Shown here: positions 51,900 through 64,000 of the stretch, piece by piece | Position numbering within the stretch: the first letter of the stretch is position 1 | How the letters are laid out: each line of letters begins with the position of its first letter | Source: Chiloscyllium plagiosum | Lineage: Eukaryota | Assembly: GCF_004010195.1 (NCBI RefSeq) | Contig: NC_057719.1 | Location: forward strand, 54,621,971-54,685,970 | DNA: 64,000 nucleotides | Direction of reading: 5' to 3' | Made by a program: the position numbers and the translations under genes | Notes under the pieces: generated by a model | The model's input: only the letters and a program-made list of their open reading frames with translations | The model's database searches: none | Told to the model about the DNA's origin: nothing

Positions 51900-52480
51900 T
51901 ACCATCTGTGCCATCGGGACTGCTGGAAACAATCTCACACCTAGGACTTTTATGGATGGCACAAATATGTATTTTAGAATAGAATCTCATTCTGAGAATG
52001 AAAGGCCAATTAAGACAGGAGCCTATCCATATGCAACACCTAATTACAATCCAGCGATTTAAATGAAATTTGGCATCCTGAGCACGGAACAAAGAATGTC
52101 CAACTTGAATTTCTGCATTATTCTTCATGTATTGACCATCATTTTCCAGAATCCATCACTTCTGACCATGCCTCACAGGTATCCAGACAATCATCTTTCT
52201 GACAAATGTATTCCTTGAAACCTAATAGAGGAGACAAATTAAGGTATCAACCTGGTAAAGTAATGATGCAGGACTACAACATGTAAACAGAGGTTCAGTG
52301 AACCTCCAGTGTTGGCGTGGGTGAGAACAGCCTGACAGTCCATCCTGTAAGATTCACAATTCTGCTCTTGGACATATAATGAACTGAGAACCATACGATT
52401 GTAACTCAAGCAAAGCTGATCCACCTTTCAGTGGAAATGATACCATTTCCATGCCTGGCTTTGAACCAGACTGAATAATG
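51900..52480 (-). mobile_element. Second copia gag fragment related to 7450-7980
   Basis: Shared blocks tccagc(a/g)atttaaatgaaa and tctgaccatgcctca...tctttctga. Confidence 0.65.
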
Positions 52481-53029
52481 GAAGATTCAATCCTTTGCTT
52501 CCAACATTCATCTTTAGGCATCCATACTTTGCCACTATTTTAAACTTCTGACAGCCCATATGTGAAGGAGGAGATCAGGAATCAACCATTTTTCAGTTTT
52601 AGATTAGCGAGGATCGTTTGTTACTTTTATCCATCAGCTTTTCTTTTTTTTTTCTTTCTCTTCCTTCTTAACTTTCATTGGCAGAGGGGCAAGTGTGGGT
52701 CCAGCATGGGACTCAGCAGCATTGGTGGTGTTGGTGAGCTGGTCCCAACAGTAAAGCCTGTAGAGTGGCGACTCTGACGTTGGCAGTGATGGGATGAAGC
52801 CTTGAACTGAAGTAATGGATAAAGAACAAATATGGACTCTGTTTCAGTGATATTTGCTTTTTTATTTTTGTTATTCAATATGATGCCAGAGCATGGTAAC
52901 AAAGGATGCTTTTCGCTGTATTCTCCCTAAATACAAGTAATAATAAATCATTAATTTATTTATATTGGAAAAGTGAAACATTGCAAAAGGACAGATCCTA
53001 ATGCAACAATTCTTTCAAAACCCCCACTG

Positions 53030-53322
53030 CCCTTTCAAATGAGAGTAAAGGATCCCATGGTATTATTTTGAATAAGGGCAGAGGAATTTTACTCAGTTTG
53101 CAGACTAACAATTATTCCACAACTAACATCACTTCAAATGGACGGTTCGGTTATTTATCACTTTGCTATTTTGTGGGAGCTTACTGTGGACATATTGGTT
53201 GCTGTGTCTCCTATATTACCACGGCAACTACACTTCAAATGTACTTATTTGGCTGTAAAGTGCTTTGGGATGTCTTGATATTCTGAAAAGTATCACATAA
53301 ATGTAAATTTTCTTTCTGTTTT
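53030..53322 (+). mobile_element. DeuSINE-type SINE (SacSINE1/AmnSINE1-like)
   Basis: taaaggatcccatggtattattttgaa...gtgggagcttactgtg...actacacttcaaatgtact...ggctgtaaagtgctttgggatgtc. Confidence 0.75.
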
Positions 53323-54074
53323 TGATAGGATTCAAGCCAAGAACAGGAGCTGAGATAATAGCTTTCATGTATAAAACAAAAGGAATCCATATACTTTCTC
53401 AGATAACACACTTTGCAGCCATATAATTTTACAAACAATTCTATTAACAATCATTCTTCCATGTGAAATAAGAAATCTACAATTATTTACATGCTATGGA
53501 ACAATCCAGAAGCAAACGACAAAATATTTAATCGTCACTACCTACTATGGCAAATTTTACTTTAACTTTGTTTCTTTTATGCAAATATTCTCAGATGTTT
53601 ACAAATTTTCTATGATTAAAAGAATTACTTTGTTTTGTGCAAAAATAAATTGGTTTTAATTTTCATTTCCATTGGCAAGGAAATAGTCCATACAGCTCCT
53701 TGTTGCTAATATTACTTGTGATCTTTTTACCATCGGGGAAAAAAAAACATGAAGTTAAACTCCAAGTTAGGATAATTTGAGAACTTTGTAAATAGGGAAA
53801 GACAATGGTTATGGTGGCGGGGTTGGGGGGTTAGTGGATGATGGAGACAGAAAAATATCATAACACATTGTAATTTGCCAAAAATTGGTGTTACTGAATA
53901 CTGACAAAAGATCATCGAATTTCTTCAACACTTTACTCTCCACTATTGGTTGACATAATTATTTATGTTTGTGAAGCAACCGTGTTTGAGTAATGGATTT
54001 AATTTAAGACAGTTTGTAGTTCACAGAATTGAACAGACAGTTAACATTATAGCAAATTGACAAAGATGCTTACA

Positions 54075-54281
54075 ATCGAGAGTGTGGTGCTGGAAAACAC
54101 AGCAAGTCAGGCAGCATCCAAGAAGCAGGAGAATCAACGTTTCGGGTATAAGCGCTTCATCAGGAATCTTATGTCCAAAACGTCGATTCGCCTGCTCCTC
54201 GGTTGCTGCCTGACCTGCTGTGCTTTTCCAGCACCACTCTCTCGACTCTGATCTCCAGCATCTGCAGTCCTCACTTTCTCA
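54075..54281. mobile_element. Palindromic PLE mini-element with near-intact minus-strand hammerhead core
   Basis: Inverted arms; minus strand CTGATGA-agcgcttataccc-GAAA-cgtt at ~54136-54163. Confidence 0.85.
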
Positions 54282-54359
54282 AACATGTTTGCAGGTACAC
54301 AGTCACCATCAAACAGTTATTTGGATGCTGTCGTCACATTAATTCAGGATTTAGTTATG

Positions 54360-55624
54360 GCACTGTTTAAGAAGAATGGTAAGGACAAGCCAGGGAACTA
54401 TAGGTCAGTAAGCCTGACATCAGTGGTGGGCAAGTTGTTGGAGGGAATCCTGAGGGATAGGATCTACATGTATTTGGAAAGGCAAGGACTGATTAGGGAT
54501 AGTCAACATGGCTTTGTGTGTGGGAAATCATGTCTCAAAATTTGATTGAGTTCTTTGAAGAAGTAACAAAGGATAGATGAGGGCAGAGTGATAAATGTGA
54601 TGTATATGGACTGTAGTAAGGCTTTCGACAAGATTCCCCATGGGAGACTGATTAGTAACGTTAGATCTCACGGAATACGGGGAGAACTAGCCATTTGGAT
54701 ACAGAACTGACTGGCTCAAAGGTAGAAGACAGAGGGTAGTGGAGGGTTGTTTTTCAGACTGGAGGCCTGTGACCAGTGGAGTGCCACAAAGATCGGTGCT
54801 GGGTCCTTTATTTTTTGTCATTTTCATAAATGATTTGGATGCGAGCATAAGAGGTACAGTTAGTAAGTTTGCAGATTACNNNNNNNNNNNNNNNNNNNNN
54901 NNNNNNNNNNNNNNNNNNNNNNNNNNNNNNNNNNNNNNNNNNNNNNNNNNNNNNNNNNNNNNNNNNNNNNNNNNNNNNNNNNNNNNNNNNNNNNNNNNNN
55001 NNNNNNNNNNNNNNNNNNNNNNNNNNNGTTGGGAGGTCATGTTGCGGCTGTACAGGACATTGGTTAGGCCACTGTTGGTATATTGCATGCAATTCTGGTC
55101 TCCTTCCTATCAGAAAGATGTTGTGAAACTTGAAAGCGTTCAGAAAAGACTTACAAGGATGTTGCCAGGGTTGGAGGATTCGAGCTATAGGGAGAGGTTG
55201 AACAGGCTGGGGCTGTTTTCCCTGGTGTGTTGGAGGCTGAGGGGTGACCTTACAGTGGTTTATAAAATTATTAGGGGATTGGATAGCATAAATAGACAAA
55301 TTATTTTCCCTGGGGTTAGGGAACTAGAGGGCATAGGTTTAGGGTGAGAGGGGAAAGATATAAAAGAGACCTAAGGGGCAACTTTTTCACACAGAGGTCG
55401 GTACGTGTATGGAATGAGCTGCCAGAGGAAGTGGTGGAGGCTGGTACAATTGCAACATTTAAAAGGCATTTGGATGGGTATATGAATAGGAAGGGTTTGG
55501 AGGGATATGGGTTGGATGCTGGCAGGTGGGACTCGATTGGGTTGGGATATCTGGTCGGCATGGACAGTTTGGACCAAAGGTTCTATTTCCATGCTGTACA
55601 TCTCTATGGCTCTATGACTTTATA
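54360..55624 (+). mobile_element. 5'-truncated CR1 LINE (contains a gap)
   Basis: [34 protein letters not shown]; same subfamily as 1-616. Confidence 0.95.
54880..55027. other. Assembly gap
   Basis: Run of N. Confidence 1.
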
Positions 55625-57134
55625 GACAAAATTCAAATGGTCTAAATCAATGTGTAAATGGCTAAAGTAAAGATATGACAGAGTGAAGAGATTCCTTGGG
55701 CCCTCTGGATGGACCTTATAGGGTGTTGGATATTATGGCCTATGATGGGATATGTGGCAGAATCAGAGGAGAAATCTGTCAAAACCAGCCTCAATGTCAG
55801 GAGCAATGTGCTTCATCTTTTATGCTTTTGATAAACAGTATAGCAAGTTACCAATTAAGGGGAAATTATTGCTTACTGAGTGCCTTGTTGATAACCTAAC
55901 TTGCCTTATTAATATTCAGTGTTTTGTCTGATGAAACATGCCAAACAAGCTCCAACAGAAAGCCTAACATGGAAACTGGAGCAGATACCTGGCAGATTCA
56001 GCTCAATGTTTGCTCCAAAAGACCTCCACGAGCACATGGAAGGGCTCCAGCTCAGAGACTGGACACATCGCAGGGCTCCTATCTTGCTGTTTTAGTGCTC
56101 ATTCACTTAGCACCTAACTACATTCTCGCAGCATCCATGCTAATTGCCTTGCCTTCCCAATTAGTACAGTCAAACAAGCAGGCAGCTTGTCTTGCTGGTC
56201 AGCAGTTCTCCCTCAAGGGGATATACATTTTGTCGTGTGGTCAGTGTGCTATGTCAATCTCACACCTGTACTATGTGGCATTTGCTGTTGTTACAACACA
56301 TTGTCAAACTAGCGAAGGAAGATATACTAACATGGTCAGAAAAATGTACAGCCACCAATCAGGGGTCTGGGCACTTCTCATCTTGAGCTTTCCATGAAGG
56401 TCACTCAAGAACATAACCCACAGTCAGTCTATTGACTCCATCTACAGAAGCTAAGAGGCTACTGTGTGTATTTGTGCATGCATGTACATGCATGTGCGCA
56501 AGACCGCAGGGGTAAGGAGGGGGCAATAACAATTATAAAGAAAGGGCAATTATATTTGCAAGGGGGAGGAAAGGTGTTTGCCCATGGTCAGAAATACCCT
56601 GGCTCCAGTGAATGACCACACTTCTGATGGTCACCTCATATATCAGTGGCTGCTTTAGGCAGGGACAAAGGCATGTGGGCAGTTTGGGTGGGGGCTTGGG
56701 AAAGTGTAAAGTCTGTGGTGCTTATTGCGTTGCAACCAGGAAGGGGATTTGAATATCTGGGAGCTCACCCTCAGGTAGCCATTTCCACTTCTCTGACATG
56801 CTCAGCAGGGCCAGCTTTGGAATGCCATACTCGACCAGATACAAAGCAGCTTGTCAAAGATGGGCACAAGGAATGTGATCTTTTGGTGTAGATCTGCGAG
56901 TGCCAAGCTTTTTCTGGGAAGGTTGTGCTGTAAGATGGAGCTCGAACTGGACCTGAGGGCAGAGTGGGTAGCTAACACTTGGACTCACAGCAAAAAAGCC
57001 CTCCAAAGAAACTCAACACAACTCAGGCTTAAACAAAAACAAAACATAAGATTCACCCCACAGCTTCTGACATCAGTGCAAATGCAGATTCTGAATGAAG
57101 GTGGAGAATAACATCTACGAGCAGTACAGTACAT

Positions 57135-57645
57135 CTAAAAATAAAACAGAATGCATTTATGGAACAAAGCAGTTCTGGAAGCATTTGTGGAGAGAGAAAC
57201 AGAGTTAATGTTTTAAGTTTGATATGAGTCTTCTTCAAAACTAAAAAGGATTTGAATGTAAACGTTTTTATGGTGTTGTCATGGGGAAAGGAGGAGCAAG
57301 CGGAATAGATGGTGAGGGTTCCCTGAGCAAAAGACATAGTGCATGTTAAAGCAGTGATAGAGATGTACAATAGATATAAATAAAGGTGTGAAATGGAGAA
57401 ATGAATCTGTTTTTCTTACAGCAAAGTCAACAACACGCAAACAAGACACCACTAGCAGTGAGATGGAGGGGTAAAGTGAGGTCATGATCTGAAGTTGTAG
57501 AACTCGATATTTGCTCCTGGAGGCTGGAGAGTGTCTAAGCAGGAAACTCGTTTTTATACCTCCAACTAGCATTGAGTTTTGTTAAAACACTGTAACTGGA
57601 AATGTTGGTATGGGAGCAAGATAACGGATTCAAATGGCAAGCAAC
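57135..57645 (-). mobile_element. Old PLE 3' fragment
   Basis: Terminal-repeat-like start aaaacagaatgc...ggagagagaaacagagttaatg and PLE ORF-end similarity. Confidence 0.6.
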
Positions 57646-58184
57646 TGGAAAGTAGTTTTACAAGCCGGAACATCTATTTCACAGGAGCAGAGTCTCTGGA
57701 TAAGGGGCTGAGGGTTTACAATGGAAATTGGGAGAAATTTCATGATCCTGGGCTTCTCTATCACTGAGAATTATTGATGCTTTATCATTGAGTATATTCA
57801 AGATTTAGATCATGTTATGATCATATGAGAAGGTTTAGAATGACTCCTTTCTTTTTCCACTTAGATGATTGCAACATCTTTTTTTTTGTTTTTAAAAAAA
57901 AGCAAAGATTTAGCGCAGATGCACTCATGTGCATTACAAGTCTGGGCTCTGTATTGAGATCATACAAAGAAGTTGATAGTTGATTTCTAGCCTTTCTTCT
58001 GGAGTCAGTATTTGCTGGGTTTTAAGATACTGTCTGGAGTGCATAGCTCGACAAACAACAGGCAGGACACAGCTTGTAGGATGACATGTGAGAGAGACAG
58101 ACCACTCATAATAATTGTTCTTCTTCCTCCTTTTTCTTTTCATTTTGCTCTTCTTCCTACTTGTCCTCATTTTTCTCAAAAGAT

Positions 58185-58268
58185 GAAAAACACACAAACC
58201 AGGTTATATTCCAACAGGTTTATTTGGAAGCACTAGCTTTCGGAGTGCTGCTCTTTCATCAGGTTGTT
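58185..58268 (-). mobile_element. PLE terminal-repeat fragment with hammerhead core
   Basis: Similar to 22578-22663; minus strand CTGATGA-aagagcagcactcc-GAAA-gcta-gtg. Confidence 0.8.
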
Positions 58269-59014
58269 GTTTTCAAAAGCAATGCTTTAACACACAGAAG
58301 AAGTTAGTTGACTCATCATGTAACATCCTTTCAGAAATTTACCAGTTACCCTAACATTGATATAGCAAGCTAATTCCAGGTCTATTTCCTAGAAATGATT
58401 AGATTATGACTGGAGGAGAATTCTGTTCTCATCCAGGTCCATTATCCATAGTGATAATGACTTGTTCAACTTCAGCTGAAGATGCTGATGATGAATGGAT
58501 GTTTTTTGACTGGGTCAGGAAATACAGCTATTTGCATGTTTCCAGGTTGGTTGTTGCTGCTGCGTTACTTATAGACAAGCTGTTCTATGCTAATTTCTTT
58601 GGAATTTGTAGCCTAGAGCAAATATAGATGTATAAAATCATTTGAAATACTGCTGTTCACTCTTTTCACTTATCCAATGGTTTCAGCTCACTCAATAAAT
58701 AAAGTACTTTTTGACATAAAACATGTTTTTTTAAATGTCTCAGAATATTAGTAGATATGGGGAAACAGGTTGGAAAGATGAATTGAAGCAGAAGACCAGC
58801 CATGAATGATGATGTCGGCTGGAAGGGATAAATAGTCTACTCCTCTATTTTCTGGGTTAAATCTTACACTTTCTTTGCTAAGAGCAAGTTGCATCATGTT
58901 TTTGGAGTATTTTTCATCCCAAGGCCAATGAACTTTCTCTCCATATCGTACCAAACTCACCTAATTAATTATCTACCTGACCCCTATGATCTCACCACGT
59001 GCAAATTCTGTTTC

Positions 59015-59935
59015 TCATTCACTCATGACAATGGACATCACTGGCTGGCCAGCATTTATTCCCTGGCCCTAGCTTCCCTTGGGAAGGCGATTGTGAGCTG
59101 CCTTCTTGTCCTGCTGTAATCCATGTGCTGTAGGTTGATCCACAAAGTTCTTTGGATGGATTTTGACCCAGGGACAATGAAGGAAGGGTGATATATTTCC
59201 AAGTCAGTGAGTGGCTTGGGGGGGAACTTGCAGGTAGTGCTGTCCTTGTTCTACTAAATGGAATTGTTCATGGATTTGGAAGGTGCTAAGGATTTTTGGC
59301 GAATTTTTGCATTGCATCTAGTACATTGCTGCTACTGAGAATTAATGGGGAATTGACTGACTATTTGTGCAAATAGTGCCAATCAAATGAGCTGCTTTGT
59401 CCTGGAGGGTTGTTGGAGATGCTCCAGGCAAATGGAGTATATTCCATTACACTCCTGACTTGTGCTTTGCCCAGGCTTTGGTGGAGAGGAGGGTGCAGGA
59501 GGTGAATTACTCACTATAGTATTCCTTGCATCTGATCTGCTTTTTTTTAGATTCCCTACAGTGTAGAAACAGGCCCTTCGGCCCAACCAGTCCACACTGA
59601 CTCTCCGAAGAGTAACTCACCTAGACCCATTTCCTTCTGACTAATGCACCTAACACTACGGGCAATTTAGCATGGTCAATTCGCCTGACCTGCACATCTT
59701 TGGACTGTGGGAGGAAACCGGAGTACCCAGAGGAAACCCACGCAGACACGGGGAGAATGTGCAAACTCCACACAGACAGTTACCTGAGGCTGAAATTGAA
59801 CCTGGGTCCCTGGAGCTGTGAGGCAGCAGTGCTAACCACTGAGTCACCATGCCACCCCTGTTTCTAGCCAGTATATTTATATGGCGAGTCCAGTTTCTGG
59901 CCAATGGTGACACCCAGAATGTTGATTACTGGGAT
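59015..59935 (-). mobile_element. LINE 3' fragment (family-B tail) with nested HE1
   Basis: Minus tail aataaatgctggccagccagtgatgtcca. Confidence 0.75.
59548..59858 (-). mobile_element. HE1-type SINE
   Basis: Reverse complement similar to 46590-46930. Confidence 0.95.
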
Positions 59936-61284
59936 TACCGTAAGAGCGGGAGAAAGATCTAAGGAAACGATTCCTAGCATTTATGTAGATAGCAGAATGC
60001 TACATTCATGATATGATCAATCCACTGTCCTGAAAGCTTGATTGTCCTCTGCTATCAGTGAACCACCCTCAATACTCAGATTTTTTTGGTCTAATTAAGT
60101 AATCTATCAAATTTTTCTGCTGTTTCTTAACAATCTTAATGAACTACCTGAAAATTCCTTATGAATGATCAACTTTAATAAGTGACTCCTGAAACTCAAA
60201 ACCAGTTGGTATCAGTTCTGAGAATGTCTGAACATTGCTGACAGATAAACAGACAATTTGTATACATGCTCTTAAAAACATTACGTCAAAGTAAAATACT
60301 TAATAACACAAACTTTCAAAAATATGAAAGGTTACTCTGTTTTTTAAAATGCTAATGTGGATTTGTTTTCAAACTGATATTGTTCAGAAAGTATCACGTC
60401 TTATTCAATAAATCAACATAACATTGTAATTCAAATGTCAATAACGTTAGTCTACACAATAACTCTATAATACAGCTATGAGAAATTATTACATTGTAGT
60501 AATGGCTAAGAGAGAACTTAATAATGCCTTGAGTTAGAATATTGCACTTTCACTTCTATGACCTCATTTTGAATGTAGTACAGAGTGATGAGATGAAAGT
60601 CTCCTTTTTCTACTTAATGAGCCATTTAATACTTTTTAAAAATTGTACTTAGAGCCATTCATAGTCTCCTCAGAAAAGTCATTAGGCCCCTTCTCCCAGA
60701 GTTTAAGTTCAAACATCATTTTACAATTCTGACTCATACAGCGTTTTAAAAATTCTTCATTTACAAAGCACAGACTGACTATGAGCGTGACAAGATGCTA
60801 TTATTTTAAGTGGTTCATCTTACAAAATTTTAAAATCACAATATATAAATAATGAGAAGCATTAGCCCAAAATATCTTGGCATGGCCTGAGGAGAAAGAA
60901 GCCAATTCAAGGCCAGAGATAGTGTTAAATCTGTTAACGATAGGCACATATTTAAAGATATCTTTATCACTATTATCACTGGTTTCTGCTGTGATTAATA
61001 TATGCTTTATTTTGTTCAGAATTACATTGAAATTACAGTACAGAAATAAGCCATTTGGTCTAACTAGTCTTCTGGTATTTATATTCTATACATGCATCAT
61101 CCCATTCTCTAACATCTCACCCTAACAGCATAGAATTCATAGAATCCCTACTGTGTGGAAACAGGTCCAACATGTCCACATTGACCCTCCAAAGAATAAC
61201 CCACCCAGACCCATTCCCCTACCTTATTACTCCTTCTGTTCCTTTATAAATCATGCTCTAATCCAGGTTTGCCTTATTTGAAAT

Positions 61285-61490
61285 GCAGTTAGCTTGGTTG
61301 GCTGGCTGATTTGTGGTGTGAAGGATGCCAACGGTATGGGTTCAATTCCTGTACAGGCTAACGTCATCATGAAGGCCCAGCATTGTCAATCTTGGCCTTT
61401 GCCTGGGGTGTTGTGAACCTCAGGTTAAACCATTAACAATTGTCTCTCTCTTGAATAAGAGAGTAGATCTCTGGAACTATGGTAACTTTA
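61285..61490 (+). mobile_element. tRNA-derived SINE (family C)
   Basis: A-box-like ttagcttggttgg, B-box ggttcaattcc; similar to 26165-26365. Confidence 0.65.
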
Positions 61491-62102
61491 TTCTAAATTC
61501 CATAATCTGATCACTCTTGAAGTAAAGGTTTCTCTTGAATGTCTTTTTGTAGCTACTTGTGAATATTACTACAAGCAAAAAACTGCCCTTAGTCTGTGAT
61601 GTTCAAATTGAAAAGGCATCACTGAGAGATGCAAGTTGGCAGTGGACATCAGCACCAGTGTCTTGGAGTATGGTCCTTCCTCCCAAGGAAACAGGATGGG
61701 GCTAGCAGGCACTCAGACCAAGAAGGAACCATATGCAGACCTCAATTGAGAAGCTCTTTCTTGAGACATTCAAAGGTACCCAACACATTCACTGCTACCC
61801 TACTCTGACCATAAGCCTTGTGGTAGTTCCTGCATCCGGCAGGACCTCCCCCACATGTCTGGACCTTGTTTGCACAAATGCTTCAGGTATCCATCCTGAT
61901 TATTAACGTAAACCCTCAACCTCAAACTCTATAACAGGACTAGGTACCCTCTACCCCTGCTGTAGGCTCCAGGATTGTAGAATATGAGCAATTCAAGAAA
62001 AAAGAGAACATACATGGCATGGGTGACACTTCAGTGTAAATACATTTTCACATTTGTAAATATATTGACATTTTAAATCATCATCTGTCTGATCATTTTA
62101 CA

Positions 62103-62425
62103 TGTGGCACAGTGGCTCAGTCGTTAGCGCTGCTACCTCAGAGCACCAGGGACCCAGGTTCGATTCTAGCTTTAGGCGACTGTCTGTGTGGAGTTTGCAC
62201 ATTCTCCCTGTGTCTGCGTGGGTTTCATCCAGTTGCTCCAGTTTCCTGCCACAGTCCAGAGATGTGCAGATGAGGTGAATTATCGATGCTAAATTGCTCA
62301 TAATGTTCAGGGGTGTTTAGGTCAGGTGCATTAGTTAGGGGAATGGGTATTGGTGGGTTACTCTTTGGAGGGTCAGAGTGGACTTGTTGGGCCAAATGGC
62401 CTGTTTCCACACTATAGGCAGTCTA
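62103..62425 (+). mobile_element. HE1-type SINE
   Basis: tRNA head, V-domain and tail as in 46590-46930. Confidence 0.95.
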
Positions 62426-62439
62426 TGAGCTACAAGAAT

Positions 62440-62510
62440 AGAGTCATAGAGATGTACAGCATGGAAACAGACCCTTCGGTCCAACCAGTCCATGCTGACC
62501 AGATATCCCA
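62440..62510 (-). mobile_element. About 70-bp CR1 3' tail
   Basis: Nearly identical to 13492-13563. Confidence 0.9.
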
Positions 62511-62550
62511 ATACTAGTCTGAAAACGCCTGATCTTGTCTGATCTCGGAA
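62511..62550 (+). pseudogene. 5S rRNA fragment (about nt 11-50)
   Basis: atactagtctgaaaacgcctgatcttgtctgatctcggaa matches human 5S nt 11-50 (recalled) at 33/40, ungapped. Confidence 0.85.
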
Positions 62551-62644
62551 TGAAGCTACAAAATCTGTCTTTCCTTCATACCATTCAACATTGGAACCCT
62601 GTCTGAAGAAGTGCTATCCTTTCTCTAATGCCCACCACTACATT

Positions 62645-64000
62645 ACATAAAACATAGAAAAGTACAGCACAGAACAGGCCCTTCGGCCCACAATGTTGTG
62701 CCGAGGATTAATCCAAATGGAAAATAAAATAACCTAACTTACACACCTCTCAATTCACTGCTATCCATGTGCATGTCCAGCAGTCGCTTAAATGTCCCTA
62801 ATGACTCTCCTTCCACCACCACCGCTGGCAATGCATTCCATGTGTTCACAACTCTCTGTGTAAAGAACCTACCTCTGATGTCTCCTCTAAACCTTCATCC
62901 TAATATCTTAAAACTATGACCCCTCATGCCAGTCAGTCCTGCCCTGGGGAAAAGTCTTTAACTAATGACTTCATCCATGCCTCTCATTACCTTGTACACC
63001 TCAATCAGGTCTCCTCTCTTCCTCCTTCTCCCTAGAGAGAAAAGTCCAATCTTAGTCAACCTCTCTTCATGAGACAAACCCTCCAGTCCAGGTAGCATCA
63101 TGGTAAACCATCTTTACACCCTCTCCAAAGTCTCTCTATCTTTCCTACAGTAGGGTGACCAGAACTGGACACAATATTCTAAGTGTGGTCTAAACAGGGA
63201 CTTGTAGAGCTGTAGCAAAACCTTGCAGCTCTTAAACTCGATCCCCCTGTTAATGAAAGCCAAAACACCATATGCTTTCTTAACAACCCTATCCACTTGG
63301 GTGGCAACTTTGAGGGATCTATGTACTTGAACACCAAGATCCCTCTGTTCCTCCACACTGCCAAGAATCCTGTCTTTAATCCTATATTCAGCATTCAAAT
63401 TCAACCATCAAAAATGCATCACTTCGCATTTATCAAGGTTGAACTCCATCTGACATTTCTCAGCCCAGCTCTGCATCCTGTCTATGTGACGCTGCAGCCT
63501 ACAATAGTCCTCAATACTATAAACACCTCCAACCTTTGTGTCATCTGCAAATATACTAACCCACCCCTCAACCTCCTCATCCAAGTCATTTGTAAAAACT
63601 GCAAAGAGCAGAGGCCCAAGAACAGAGCCCTGTGGGACCCCACTCAACACTGACCTCTAGGCAGAATATTTGCCATCCACAACCACTGTCTGCCTTCTGA
63701 ATCCAGATAGCCAAATCTCCCTGTATCCCATACCTCCTGACGTTATGAAAGAGCCTACCATGGGGAACCTTATCAAATGCCTTGCTGAAGTCTATATGCA
63801 CCACATCCACTGCTTGACCTTCATCGACCTGTCTTGTCACCTCCTCAAAGAACTCAATAAGATTAGTTAGGCATGACCTGTCCCTCCCAAAGCCTTGCTG
63901 ACTGTCTTTAATCATGTTATGCTTTTCCAAATAGTCATAAATCCTCTGCCTCAGAATTATTTCCAAAACCTTGCTGACCACAGACATAAGACTGACTGGT
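62645..64000 (-). mobile_element. CR1 LINE running off the window end
   Basis: DFSKAFDKVPH, GVPQGSVLGPLLF, FADDTKVGG, HLEYCVQFWSP in frameshifted minus ORFs. Confidence 0.97.

Noticed and set aside
57930..60830. Exon-like or virus-like coding islands (for example VSLVRYGEKVHWPWDEKYSK at 58868-58960)
   Set aside because: No consistent multi-exon frame or recognisable protein; neighbouring pieces look like ancient LINE debris. Not excluded without a translated search
62511..62550. Functional 5S rRNA gene or SINE3
   Set aside because: Only about 40 nt, lacking the internal promoter, and antisense to the LINE tail
1..64000. CRISPR array or prokaryotic defence system
   Set aside because: No regularly spaced repeats with unique spacers and no operon-like genes; the content is vertebrate repeat DNA

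Overview
Repeat-dense vertebrate DNA, most likely from a shark. This is inferred from HE1-type V-SINEs, shark-type DeuSINEs and abundant CR1 LINEs. No intact long protein-coding gene is visible. The long ORFs in the track are retroelement fragments or run through N gaps (18705-19299, 22843-23835, 54880-55027). The window is a mosaic of CR1 and Rex1/Babar-like LINEs, several SINE families, and Penelope-like elements (PLEs) with many short palindromic derivatives carrying hammerhead-ribozyme cores. It also holds a decayed Ty1/copia element with a tRNA-iMet primer-binding site, a Gypsy gag relic and a PIF/Harbinger transposase relic. A few small candidate host exons are present (minus strand MKMQ|DIFCDNVWEFKLTQ; plus strand near 42.3-44.6 kb), but I cannot name the gene(s). 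The least explained signals are a 119-bp-arm inverted repeat at 25574-25832 and a TSD-flanked 5S rRNA/CR1-tail chimera at 62440-62550. Repeat boundaries were read by eye and are approximate unless a TSD is given.
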